From Candidatus Daviesbacteria bacterium (GTDB lineage: Bacteria; Patescibacteriota; Microgenomatia; Daviesbacterales; UBA10151): a stretch of 64,000 nucleotides of DNA. Under the pieces are notes generated by a model, which was not told the DNA's origin, did not search any database, and saw nothing but the letters and a program-made list of their open reading frames with translations. Within the stretch, counting starts at the first letter, position 1; each line of letters starts with the position of its first letter. This document shows, piece by piece, positions 20,005-29,312 of the stretch. Location: the NCBI GenBank assembly GCA_028687915.1, contig JAQTZF010000001.1, forward strand, positions 674,634 through 738,633. The letters are read 5' to 3'. Position numbers and translations under genes: made by a program.

Positions 20005-20445
20005 TTATGGAGAAGGTAGTTTGCGACCTCTTTTAATTAATTCCTTCTCACATTTTTCATGAAATTCTTTAAATTCATTGTGAAGCTGTTCTAATTCATC
20101 TCCAGGCAGTTCTTCTATGTCCACCATGGCATTTCTGGCGTTTTTTGAGGACTTAATCAGTTCATCAAGTTTTATATGAATTGCTCTGGCATCCCTGTTT
20201 TGAGCATTTTGAATTAAAAATACCATTAAGAAAGTTATAATAGCTGTTACTGTTTGAATAAAAATCTGCCAGCTATCAGACATCCCATTAAATGATCCAA
20301 TAATAAACCATAATATCACCCCCAAAAGTGCTGCTAAGAAAGCCGACGAAGATCCCATTAATGTAGAAATTACAACCGCAGTTTTATGAAACAATTCATT
20401 CATTCTAATAGTTTTATGATCCTTGAAATGATAACACCTTGTCAA
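20005..20445 (-). CDS. Low-affinity iron permease family protein
   Basis: SDSWQIFIQTVTAIITFLMVFLIQNAQNRDARAIHIKLDELI matches the conserved core of this family. Confidence 0.6.
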   Translation of the reverse strand: MTRCYHFKDHKTIRMNELFHKTAVVISTLMGSSSAFLAALLGVILWFIIGSFNGMSDSWQIFIQTVTAIITFLMVFLIQNAQNRDARAIHIKLDELIKSSKNARNAMVDIEELPGDELEQLHNEFKEFHEKCEKELIKRGRKLPSP

Positions 20446-20478
20446 GTAAATACATTTTATTAAAAATTTATTGTAGTT

Positions 20479-21243
20479 TTATACTGCCTCTTTCCAAATA
20501 TTTGTTTTATCCTTACTAAATCTAATAGCGTCTTGCGTGGTTAAAAAGAGAGGAATATCTTGAAATGTTTTTGCCAATTTTGCTTTGCCATACATATAAA
20601 GATGTTTTCTTCTTCTCTCATCAGCAACAACAAATAAAAGTGTTGGAAAAGCACTGTTTTCTGTATTAGCTTGCCAACTGCCTTCTTCGGAATACTCAAT
20701 ATATTTCCTAACTGCGAATCTTGCTTCTCCTGGAGCTTGTCTATATTCATCAAATAATTCCAAGAAATATCTATCTTTCCCATCAACCTCAATATAAGCA
20801 TCTAAATCTTCTGGTAAATAATCAAAACCCATTAAATCCTGTTTTGTGCAAAAATTTAATTTAGAGTTGTTCTCTTGTTGAGAACTAAAGAATAGATAAA
20901 TATCAACTATAAATAGGCAATGGTTTATAAAAGTCCCGGTCAATTTCTTCTCTTTGTATATTCTGCTTAAGAAGTCTTCATTACAACCTTCTTCTTGTAG
21001 AAAATACCTTGATTTAGCTGCAAGGCAATAGATATATGGCTTGGTAATATTTTTTGAATCAGTAATTGCATATGCATATCCTTTTTCTTTTAAGTCTTTG
21101 AGCCATGCTTTAATTCTGTGTGGGTCTTTGTGTTTAAAGTATTTTTGTAGTTGGAGTATGGTTAGAAAGCGAAATTTATAAAGAATTAGAAGTATGAGTT
21201 TTTGTTTATTGGTTATGGGTGGAAGTTTAGTTTTATGTTTCAT
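20479..21243 (-). CDS. Replication-relaxation (Replic_Relax) family wHTH protein
   Basis: N-terminal ITNKQKLILLILYKFRFLTILQLQKYF pattern typical of Replic_Relax. Adjacent to the coupling protein. Confidence 0.5.
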   Translation of the reverse strand: MKHKTKLPPITNKQKLILLILYKFRFLTILQLQKYFKHKDPHRIKAWLKDLKEKGYAYAITDSKNITKPYIYCLAAKSRYFLQEEGCNEDFLSRIYKEKKLTGTFINHCLFIVDIYLFFSSQQENNSKLNFCTKQDLMGFDYLPEDLDAYIEVDGKDRYFLELFDEYRQAPGEARFAVRKYIEYSEEGSWQANTENSAFPTLLFVVADERRRKHLYMYGKAKLAKTFQDIPLFLTTQDAIRFSKDKTNIWKEAV

Positions 21244-21390
21244 AATAGCTTGGAGCAGAGAGCAGAAGATTTTAGGCAGTAGTTAGGGTAGCAGATCCTT
21301 GTTTGGATTATATTACATCCCCTTATATTTATATAAGTATAAAGAGTCTGTGCTTTTTTCTTTTTTAGCCTCAATCTTATGCATTACTTA

Positions 21391-21408
21391 GTACCTACAC
21401 GTAGGTAC
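21391..21408. repeat. Palindrome GTACCTAC-AC-GTAGGTAC between the VirD4 stop and the Replic_Relax start
   Basis: 8-bp perfect inverted arms with a 2-bp spacer. Confidence 0.6.
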
Positions 21409-21413
21409 AATTT

Positions 21414-23954
21414 TTAGACAACTTTACTAATAGGAAAACCACCTTTAGACGTAACTATATTTTTATTATTTGAATGCTTCTTGTCGTTATCCTCATCTAG
21501 ATTAGATGTAACTTTTTTATATTCTATTGCCCAGTTTTTCCGAGAGCTTTCGATTAGTTCTTCTATCTTTTTATCATCTTTTTTTAGAGGAATATAGATT
21601 GTTTCACCAGAAAAAGGTTCTTCTGGTTCTAAAGCTGAAACTTTAATATAGAAGTTATACTTTGGTAAATTAGCTATTTCTCCTTTATCAACAAAAGGTG
21701 CAAATTGATTAAGCATTAACTCTTCATCAATATAATTTGCAGTTCTGAAACAAACTACAGTTGTGACATTAGCTAAAATCACATTAACAATATTTCTATC
21801 ATCCTGTTGTGAGGTGGATTGTTCAGCGATAATAACCCGGAGTTTATACTTCCTTCCTTCAGATAGCATCTTGGTAAAAGAGTGAGTAGCAAAGTTTTGA
21901 AACTCATCAACGTATAAGTAAAATGGGGTCCTTTTGTTTTCAGGCATTTTGGATCTTTTTAAGGCTGCCTGTTGAATTTTTGTCATAATAGTGGTTCCTA
22001 AAAGTCTTGACGTATCTTCTCCTAATTTACCTTGAGATAAATTGCATATAATTATTTTTCCAGAGTTCATTAACTCGTCAAAATTAATAGTAGATTTTGG
22101 CTGTTCTAAGATTCTTTTAGCTGTTGGAGAAAAAAGGAATCTACCAATCTTGGCTGTAACACCACCAACCATTTTAACTACCTGATAATCACCAGCTCTG
22201 CCAAATTCATATTTCCAAAAGTTTTTTAGATTTTCATCTTTTAATTTAGCAATAACTTGTTTTTGGAATGGAGGATTATTTAGAAGATCATAGACTGTAA
22301 AAATTGTTCTGTTCTCTACAGTAAAAGCAGTATAAATAGCATTTCGCAGGACATATTCAATTCTATGTGCATTAGTATTTTCTTCTTTGGAAAAAACTTT
22401 TCTAAATAATGAAATGACTCCTTCTGCAACAACTTCTTTTTCTAATTCTGCTTCATCTTCATCTAAGCCAGGGGTAAGTTCAAGGATATTAATTCCAATG
22501 GGGTATTTTAAATCAATTGGGTTTATAAAGACTAAATCGTTTAATCTTTTTTCAGGAATAATAGAAATTAAGTCGTCTGCAGCATCACCGTGAGGATCCA
22601 AGAAAGCTAACCCTCTGCCTTCCTCGATATCCTGCTTAGCCATTGAAAACATCATTGTTGTTTTACCAGACCCAGTTCTTCCGATAATATACATATGAGT
22701 TTCCCTTTCTTGTTCTGTTAAACCAATATCAGTGATTGTCCCTCCATAATTATTTCTACCGAAAACAACATCATATTTATTTCCTTTTTTAAGAGATAGC
22801 GGAGCAGGCAAAGTTTTACTGTGGGATTTAACTAAATTTTCCGTATTTGTCATGCTGGTATAGGGAAAGTGATAAATATCAGAAATTTCTGAAATAGAGA
22901 GTATAGAAGTTTTAGTTGGTGACAATATTCTTTTTTTGAAGGAATAAAATAAATATTTCCTTACTTTATTAATATTCAGAAATCTCTTAGCTACTAATGA
23001 TTGGTATCCTGTAGAAGAAAAGGTTGAAAAGGAAGATTTGAAACCCTGCATTCTTTCAACTAGATCATCGTTGTCTTTAAAAGCCATAAGAATTCTTATT
23101 GTTGTTTTAAATAATGGTTGATTAATCTTTGAATCAATTGAGCTTATTATCTCCATCTCAGATGGGGATTTTGTTTTAGGTGCTAAATGTGAGTTGTAAA
23201 AGATCCATTTAAATATTGCTGGAGTTTTTAAATGTTTCACAACATCACCATTTGCAGAAATAAGTTTTGAAATCTTTTTTGTTCCTTTATTTCCTGTTGG
23301 GGAAACAACAATTTGTAGAGAAATTAGTTCCCCAGGAGCAAGTTTTGTCATCTGACCTGTGATATAGGCAATAGGATCATGTTTATTCAGCTCACTTTGT
23401 CTTTTAAGCGAGAATGCAAAATGTTTAGAGAGTTTGAACTCCATAATTCTGTAGAAGTTTTTACTTAAAGTATTTGTATTTCCCGGTAAATACTCATTGA
23501 CTGTTTTAACTCTTAAATGAGGTAGGTATGCAAGTAAACTCTTTTTCAGAGTATTCACTTGTTTTGGAGAAGTTCTTACTAAATACCTTATGCCTTCATT
23601 TTTACTTGAAACTATCTCTAAAGAAAATCTCGGTTGATTACCCAACAATCTATCCTTAAATGATTTTTGATTTCCAAGGGCATGAATAATAGAAAAAAGC
23701 TGATCAGTGGTGTATGACTGCTTTTCTGTAAAAGAGGGTGGAGTTAGCTCAAGTAATATTGATTGCTCATCTAGTGATTTTTTAAAGGCAAGAATTTTTC
23801 GGATAATAATTAACAGAAAAACGGATAAAAGAAAAAGGGTCAAAATGGGGATGAAATTTTGAACAGGAGGAAGAGCACCATCTTTTGGATTCTGAAAATA
23901 TGAAACAAACTGATTCAGTAAATAATCAAATCTTAGCTTCTCTAAGTCAACCAT
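21414..23954 (-). CDS. virD4: Type IV coupling protein (VirD4/TraG/TraD family)
   Basis: N-terminal TM helix, Walker A IIGRTGSGKTT, DPHGD motif and Walker B LYVDEFQNF. Confidence 0.8.
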   Translation of the reverse strand: MVDLEKLRFDYLLNQFVSYFQNPKDGALPPVQNFIPILTLFLLSVFLLIIIRKILAFKKSLDEQSILLELTPPSFTEKQSYTTDQLFSIIHALGNQKSFKDRLLGNQPRFSLEIVSSKNEGIRYLVRTSPKQVNTLKKSLLAYLPHLRVKTVNEYLPGNTNTLSKNFYRIMEFKLSKHFAFSLKRQSELNKHDPIAYITGQMTKLAPGELISLQIVVSPTGNKGTKKISKLISANGDVVKHLKTPAIFKWIFYNSHLAPKTKSPSEMEIISSIDSKINQPLFKTTIRILMAFKDNDDLVERMQGFKSSFSTFSSTGYQSLVAKRFLNINKVRKYLFYSFKKRILSPTKTSILSISEISDIYHFPYTSMTNTENLVKSHSKTLPAPLSLKKGNKYDVVFGRNNYGGTITDIGLTEQERETHMYIIGRTGSGKTTMMFSMAKQDIEEGRGLAFLDPHGDAADDLISIIPEKRLNDLVFINPIDLKYPIGINILELTPGLDEDEAELEKEVVAEGVISLFRKVFSKEENTNAHRIEYVLRNAIYTAFTVENRTIFTVYDLLNNPPFQKQVIAKLKDENLKNFWKYEFGRAGDYQVVKMVGGVTAKIGRFLFSPTAKRILEQPKSTINFDELMNSGKIIICNLSQGKLGEDTSRLLGTTIMTKIQQAALKRSKMPENKRTPFYLYVDEFQNFATHSFTKMLSEGRKYKLRVIIAEQSTSQQDDRNIVNVILANVTTVVCFRTANYIDEELMLNQFAPFVDKGEIANLPKYNFYIKVSALEPEEPFSGETIYIPLKKDDKKIEELIESSRKNWAIEYKKVTSNLDEDNDKKHSNNKNIVTSKGGFPISKVV

Positions 23955-24106
23955 TCTTACCCTTCGGGCAGATGGAATTATAGCGTGAGTATATCACATA
24001 AAATTAGGTATGTATTGAGCTTAAATTTACCTTTTTCATACTTGACAACTGTAATTATATTTATATATACTGTAAATATATTTATAGTTTATTTAAGGCT
24101 GAAGAT

Positions 24107-24427
24107 ATGGAAAATCGTGAGATACAATCATTAAATAATCAAACTATCTACGATCTGGAGTCAACAAATGCTCCTAATGATTCACCGCTTACTCAGCAGA
24201 ACACATACGAAAAGTTAAATGAGATATTTATTGAGCAAGATAAGCAAAAAAGGACAATTTTAGAAGCCAGGGAAATTCTGGGTGAAACTGCAGAATCTCT
24301 AACTGACTCACAAGTATTTGACTTAGTTAATGAAATTCAATTCCTTGTAGATAGCTGGATAGAAGAATATGAACAAAAGGTTTTCAGCGGAAAGACACTT
24401 AATGAGCTACTAAATCTTAATCCATAA
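24107..24427 (+). CDS. Hypothetical 106-aa protein translationally coupled to the recombinase (TAATG overlap)
   Basis: ORF only. Its position is compatible with a recombination directionality factor, but that is speculative. Confidence 0.3.
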   Translation: MENREIQSLNNQTIYDLESTNAPNDSPLTQQNTYEKLNEIFIEQDKQKRTILEAREILGETAESLTDSQVFDLVNEIQFLVDSWIEEYEQKVFSGKTLNELLNLNP

Positions 24428-25971
24428 TGAATACTCAAAATAATCTGATTAATATAGGGCCAAAACAAGCAGTTATTTATATTCGTGTTTCCAGTGAGGA
24501 ACAAGTAGAAAATTTCTCATTAGGAACCCAGGAAGAAATTTGTCGCAGAGAAGCCAAGCATAGAGGTTTTGAAGTAGTAGAAGTATTTAGGGAAGAAGGT
24601 AAATCCGCTAAAACTATAATAGGAAGACCAGAACTTCTTAAAATGTTGGAGTTTTGTAGGAAAAACAAAAAGACTGTTAGGGCAATTTTTGTTTATCGAC
24701 TAGACCGTCTTTCTAGACAAACATCTGATTATTTATCAATTAGAAAAAGACTTTTTGATGTAAATATAGCGATTATTTCAGCTTCTGAGCCAACCGGAAA
24801 CTCTCCTACAGAAAAGCTGTTAGAAACAGTATTAGCTAGTTTTGCTCAACACGATAATGATGTAAGGAGCGAGAGGACAAAGAATGGCATGAGAGCAAGG
24901 TTTCTTTCAGGACTGGTTACTAACCATGTTCCCGTGGGCTACATTAATCAATCCGGACATGCTCTAAAAGATCCATCAACATTCGATAATATTAAAAAAG
25001 CTTGGGATTTAATGGCAACTGGCACGAAAAGTTTAAAGGAAATTGAAAAAATTTTACATAGTTGGGGTGTTAAAACCAGACATTCATCCGTTCAAAGAAT
25101 GTTTAGAAATAAATTCTATATGGGGATACTTACCTCTGAGAGTTATCCTGAAACGGTAAAGGGACAACATATTCCAATGGTAACAGAAGAACAATTTTAT
25201 AAAGTTCAATCCATCCTAGATGGAAGAAATAGACAGAATCCATTAATGCCAAAAAACACGAGAGATAATACAGATTTTCCATTAAGAAGAATCCTTCGGT
25301 GCAGCAAGTGTGGAACGCCTTTTACAGGAGCATGGAGCAAAAGACATAGATACGCATATTATTTTTGCAGGAATAGATGCGGCACTCCTTCAGTCCCTGT
25401 TGGTGACGTTGAAAAAGAAATGATGCTATTTTTAAGGAAGACAAGCCCTAGCGAAGAAGGGCGAAAACTCTATATTTCACAGTTACTTAAAATCTATCAT
25501 TCGAAAGCATTAAAGCTCAGAAAAATAAAAGCAAATTCCGATGAAGAAATAGATAAATTGCACACTTTGCGCAAAGTATTAATAGAAAAGAATTTATCCG
25601 GTGTATACTCTGACGAAATATTTAAAGAGCAAAATGCAGTCATCGAAAATAAAATTATTGCAGCTCAAGCAGCAAAGAACGATGAAATGATAGATCAATA
25701 TAATATAGATTCTCTTGTTGAATTTATTAATAATAAGCTTGCAGATCTCGGAGAAACTTATTCTAATTCTTCTTTAAGCCAGCTTCGTTGTCTTCTTGGT
25801 TCGATATTCCTCTCGGGAATCATTTGGGGCTATCCGGGCTGTTCGAACCGAGAGATTAGCCCGTTATATCAATCTATTCAGGACACTCAAACTATGAATG
25901 TCCCATTCGGTGACCCGGGTGGGAGTCGAACCCACGACAAAGAGATTAAGAGTCTCCTGCTCTACCACTGA
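24427..25971 (+). CDS. Large serine recombinase (integrase/resolvase family)
   Basis: N-terminal resolvase domain AVIYIRVSSEEQ with catalytic Ser, then a recombinase domain and zinc ribbon CSKCGTPF...YYFCRNRC. The last ~20 codons overlap tRNA-Lys on the opposite strand. Confidence 0.85.
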   Translation: MNTQNNLINIGPKQAVIYIRVSSEEQVENFSLGTQEEICRREAKHRGFEVVEVFREEGKSAKTIIGRPELLKMLEFCRKNKKTVRAIFVYRLDRLSRQTSDYLSIRKRLFDVNIAIISASEPTGNSPTEKLLETVLASFAQHDNDVRSERTKNGMRARFLSGLVTNHVPVGYINQSGHALKDPSTFDNIKKAWDLMATGTKSLKEIEKILHSWGVKTRHSSVQRMFRNKFYMGILTSESYPETVKGQHIPMVTEEQFYKVQSILDGRNRQNPLMPKNTRDNTDFPLRRILRCSKCGTPFTGAWSKRHRYAYYFCRNRCGTPSVPVGDVEKEMMLFLRKTSPSEEGRKLYISQLLKIYHSKALKLRKIKANSDEEIDKLHTLRKVLIEKNLSGVYSDEIFKEQNAVIENKIIAAQAAKNDEMIDQYNIDSLVEFINNKLADLGETYSNSSLSQLRCLLGSIFLSGIIWGYPGCSNREISPLYQSIQDTQTMNVPFGDPGGSRTHDKEIKSLLLYH

Positions 25972-25982
25972 GCTACCGGGCC
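25911..25982 (-). tRNA. tRNA-Lys (anticodon CUU), CC of CCA encoded
   Basis: Cloverleaf built by hand: GGCCCGG/CCGGGTC acceptor, D arm GCTC-AGTGGT-AGAGC, anticodon loop CTCTTAA, T arm GTGGG-TTCGACT-CCCAC. Confidence 0.85.
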
Positions 25983-26078
25983 ATGTAGGGATCACAAATC
26001 GCGAACTCCGATTACCGGGCCTTTGGGTTTATATTTTAACCTATTTGAGGTGTAAATCCAATAAAACAGGAGTTTAAA

Positions 26079-26318
26079 TTATCCTTCGTTGTGTTTTTCA
26101 ATTTCCTTGGCAACATCAACTTCAGCTGGATTTTCTGGCCCTGCATCAGGTGATTCTAAGTCTTCCTCATACATTCCCATACTTTCAGCTATCTTATCAA
26201 CATCATTAACGTCTTCTGAGCCAGATTTAACTTCAGATCCCAGTGCTGATTCTGCATCCTGCTCTTCTGGGGATTCAACATCAAGATGTTTTTTATCATC
26301 ATCATTTAAGCTTGTCAT
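26079..26318 (-). CDS. Hypothetical small acidic protein (79 aa)
   Basis: ORF between two tRNAs. Highly acidic with low complexity, so it could be spurious. Confidence 0.25.
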   Translation of the reverse strand: MTSLNDDDKKHLDVESPEEQDAESALGSEVKSGSEDVNDVDKIAESMGMYEEDLESPDAGPENPAEVDVAKEIEKHNEG

Positions 26319-26337
26319 ATTTCACCCCCTTACTTTG

Positions 26338-26410
26338 TGCGCCTGGAGGGACTCGAACCCCCAACCGTCTCGTCCGAAGCGAGATGCTCAATCCATTAAG
26401 CTACAGGCGC
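26338..26410 (-). tRNA. tRNA-Arg (anticodon UCG)
   Basis: GCGCCTG acceptor, anticodon stem TCTCG/CGAGA with loop CTTCGGA, T arm GGGGG-TTCGAGT-CCCTC, discriminator A. Confidence 0.85.
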
Positions 26411-26517
26411 TTACATTTATTCGCGCTGTATCTTGCGATAGTTCCACTTCGTGTATAACTATCTAAAGCTACAGGTGCTTATGCACATTTTACCAATTAA
26501 TCTGCAAAAATCCTAAT

Positions 26518-27552
26518 TTGTGGTATTATTTCAACGTGGCTTTGAAATATAAGTACAACCAAACAATTGTGGCTCCTGGTGGCGGCACCGGCGCCTTTAC
26601 CTGGTGGTCAGGCGCTTCTATATTAAATAATCCCGCTAAAAATACAGCAGTTTTTGGAACATGGGATAGTGGTGGAAGTTCAGGAGAATTAAGGGTCAAT
26701 GAAGGAATTTTACCTCCCGGCGATTACATGCAATGCTTGCTTGCTATGATGGAGGATTCAACTCAGCGTCAGGAAGCAATTTTAATTTTAAAAGATCGAT
26801 CTAGTGGTCATCCAATCGTAAACCTTTTGGGAGCATATTCAGAAAGATGTCATCATGGAGTAAAAGGCGGTATTGATGGATTAAGAGCCTTGTTTCGTGT
26901 GAGAGGAAATATATTACCAGTTACTTTGACAGATATTCATCTTCATTCAGAAACCAAAAATGGGAAAAAATACTCCAGTGAACATGAAATAGATGAAATT
27001 AAAGATGATCCTGATTTTAAAAATGGTGATAGTATTTCAAGGATATTTTTTGATGTTAAGCCAGAACCAAATCCAGATGTACTAGCTGCTTTTTTAAAAG
27101 CAGATAAAATTGTAATTCCACCAGGTAGTCCTTTTACAAGTATATTTCCACATTTATTAGTACCTGGTGTATCTAAAAGTATTTTAGAATCAAAAGCAAA
27201 ACTAATTATAGCTTTGAATTTAATGACTACATCTGGTGAAGATCATCATTTAAGTAATGCATCCAGTTGGCTTAATGTTTTTCAGTATTATTTGGGTGAT
27301 TTTGAATATATTAAAAAAACCGGAAAAAGCAGGATTCATAGTATTGTTTTTAATCAAAATCATTTAACTAAAGAAATTTTGGATATTTATAAAAATAAAG
27401 GTCAAACTCCTATTAAGTTAGATCAAGAACAATGTTTGGTACAAGCTCCGGGAATAAAAATTATTACAAAACAAGTTGCTAGCTATGATAAAGATACTAA
27501 TTTATTAAGACATAACCCTTTAAAGCTTGCAGAAGTAATACTTTCAATTTAA
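26518..27552 (+). CDS. YvcK/CofD-family protein (gluconeogenesis factor / LPPG transferase-like)
   Basis: PGGGTG ... WDSGGSSGELRVNEGILPPGD signature. Confidence 0.7.
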   Translation: MWYYFNVALKYKYNQTIVAPGGGTGAFTWWSGASILNNPAKNTAVFGTWDSGGSSGELRVNEGILPPGDYMQCLLAMMEDSTQRQEAILILKDRSSGHPIVNLLGAYSERCHHGVKGGIDGLRALFRVRGNILPVTLTDIHLHSETKNGKKYSSEHEIDEIKDDPDFKNGDSISRIFFDVKPEPNPDVLAAFLKADKIVIPPGSPFTSIFPHLLVPGVSKSILESKAKLIIALNLMTTSGEDHHLSNASSWLNVFQYYLGDFEYIKKTGKSRIHSIVFNQNHLTKEILDIYKNKGQTPIKLDQEQCLVQAPGIKIITKQVASYDKDTNLLRHNPLKLAEVILSI

Positions 27553-28188
27553 TTTTTTAGGAACCCAAACAGAAGTAAAAACTCCTAAAGAAATTCCAAG
27601 TAGCATCCCACCAATAACATCAGTAGTCCAATGTTCTGCCAGATAAATCCTGGAAATAATCATTAAAAAAGTAAATGCAATTAAACCCAATATAATGGGG
27701 AATTTTAAAGGGCTCTTTATTTTATAAAAAGTAAAGAGGATTAAAAAAGTCACAAGGTATGTTGTTCTCATCATATGTCCTGATGGATATGAAAAGTCAG
27801 TTTGAACAAAATGACTAGGGAAATTAAGGTCTATTGTTCCTCTGTAAAAAAGGTGTGGAGGTCCAGGGTGAAGAACAAAAATTTTACCAAAAATCTCCAG
27901 GAAATGTGCAAACCAGAATGAAAAAAGAGCAATGAACGTAAGCCAGTATCTCTTAATTAAAGCAAAAATACTTAAAATAAACCAAAATATAGCAGTTACT
28001 TCAACAGAACCAAGTATTGAGAAGAGTGAAAAAGGTAAATCAAATTTCCTGGAAATATGATCCTGAAGTTTTGTAGTGATATCAAAATCTATTTGAGTAA
28101 ATACTTCTTTGGCAACAACATAAGAAAATAAAACAAAACTAAGGAATAATAGAATAGAAATAAGTAGAAAGGGAATTCGCTTGGGCAC
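27544..28188 (-). CDS. PAP2-superfamily phosphatase (membrane)
   Basis: PSGH and SRIYLAEHWTTDVIGG (SRxxxxxHxxxD) motifs with multiple TM helices. Confidence 0.65.
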   Translation of the reverse strand: MPKRIPFLLISILLFLSFVLFSYVVAKEVFTQIDFDITTKLQDHISRKFDLPFSLFSILGSVEVTAIFWFILSIFALIKRYWLTFIALFSFWFAHFLEIFGKIFVLHPGPPHLFYRGTIDLNFPSHFVQTDFSYPSGHMMRTTYLVTFLILFTFYKIKSPLKFPIILGLIAFTFLMIISRIYLAEHWTTDVIGGMLLGISLGVFTSVWVPKKLN

Positions 28189-28205
28189 CTCTAGATTGTA
28201 CCAGA

Positions 28206-29162
28206 TTAAGGCTTTTTTGGGGACAGTATATTTAAGGCTTCTGCAGGTGTTTTTGTGTCCATTAATTTAGTACGAAGTGTTTTTGAACCATCAAACCCTG
28301 ATATATAAGCCTTAAAAAATTTCTTCAAAATATCATAATTTTTATTTATTCCCCAGGTTTTTTCAAAAAGATTAATATGAGTTATCAATGCTTCAATTCT
28401 CATTTCAGGACTAATATCTTCTTCTCTTATTTTAGGATTAAAAACCCATAAATTATTGAATACTCCTCTGCCAATCATAATTCCATCAACACCATATTTT
28501 TTGGCATATTCTTGTGCCTGTTTATAGCTCATTACATCACCATTTCCAATAATTAAAGTTTTGGGGCTTATTTTATCTCTTAATTTAACAGCTGCTCCAA
28601 TTTCATCCCAATGCGCTAAGACTTTTGATTTCTCCTTTACTGTTCTTCCGTGAATTGTTAATGCATCTAAATCTAGTGATAATAAAAAACCTATCCATTC
28701 TTCTGTTGCTATAGACCTCATCCCAATTCTTGTTTTAACACTGACAGGCAAGCCTCCTGCTCCTTTTTTAGTGGCTATTACAATCTCTTTTGCTAAATTA
28801 GGAGTTAAAATAAGTGCTCCGCCTGATCCTTTTTTAACCACGTTTTTATCTGGGCAGCCCATATTTATATCAATTCCATCAAAACCCATTTTTGAAATCA
28901 TCAGTGCTGTCTGATAAAACTTTTCCGGATTATTTCCCCAAATTTGAGCAATCAATGGTTTTTCAGTTTTTGAAAACTGAAGCCTGGTTGATACCTTTTC
29001 AAAGCCTTCTGATAATAAGCCATCAACTGAAACGAACTCTGTAAAGAAAACATCAGGTTTACTATATTTGGCTACAATTTGTCTAAAAACAGTATCAGTA
29101 ACATCCTCCATTGGAGCAAGTACTGTAAAAGGTTTCTTAAGAGATTTCCAAAAATTTGTCAT
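28206..29162 (-). CDS. dus: tRNA-dihydrouridine synthase
   Basis: LAPMEDVTDTVFRQI N-terminal signature and a TIM-barrel FMN-binding pattern. Confidence 0.8.
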   Translation of the reverse strand: MTNFWKSLKKPFTVLAPMEDVTDTVFRQIVAKYSKPDVFFTEFVSVDGLLSEGFEKVSTRLQFSKTEKPLIAQIWGNNPEKFYQTALMISKMGFDGIDINMGCPDKNVVKKGSGGALILTPNLAKEIVIATKKGAGGLPVSVKTRIGMRSIATEEWIGFLLSLDLDALTIHGRTVKEKSKVLAHWDEIGAAVKLRDKISPKTLIIGNGDVMSYKQAQEYAKKYGVDGIMIGRGVFNNLWVFNPKIREEDISPEMRIEALITHINLFEKTWGINKNYDILKKFFKAYISGFDGSKTLRTKLMDTKTPAEALNILSPKKP

Positions 29163-29312
29163 TGGGTAATTTTAGCATGAAAAAAGCCCCTTTCGGAGCC
29201 TTTTTCCCAACTTGTAAACCTTACGGAAAACAAGAAGACTAATTAATCTTACGATTAATAAGTTTGTATAGTATAAACTATAGTGTTATTAATGTCAAGC
29301 ACCATCTTTGCT

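Larger units (their letters stand above)
7237..25982. mobile_element. Putative integrative conjugative element (T4SS, coupling protein, Replic_Relax, serine recombinase) abutting tRNA-Lys. Left boundary uncertain; it may extend to the window start
   Basis: Gene content as listed. The recombinase 3-prime end overlaps the tRNA. Confidence 0.5.

Noticed and set aside
26089-26466. ORFs 26089..26466 (+) and 26243..26458 (+)
   Set aside because: They overlap tRNA-Arg(UCG) and are antisense to the 26079..26318 ORF. The translations are low-complexity Ser-rich or tRNA-derived (GGTRTPNRLVRSE), so they are spurious.
29172-29200. Possible bidirectional terminator aaaaaagcccctttcggagcctttttc between dus and purA, and its near-identical relative at 37045..37071
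   Set aside because: The hairpin in the first copy needs a bulge (AAGCCC-CUUUC-GG(A)GCUU) and has only about 5 bp of stem. The second copy is a better hairpin (aggct...agcct). Both are plausible, but I could not justify them as confident terminator calls by eye.
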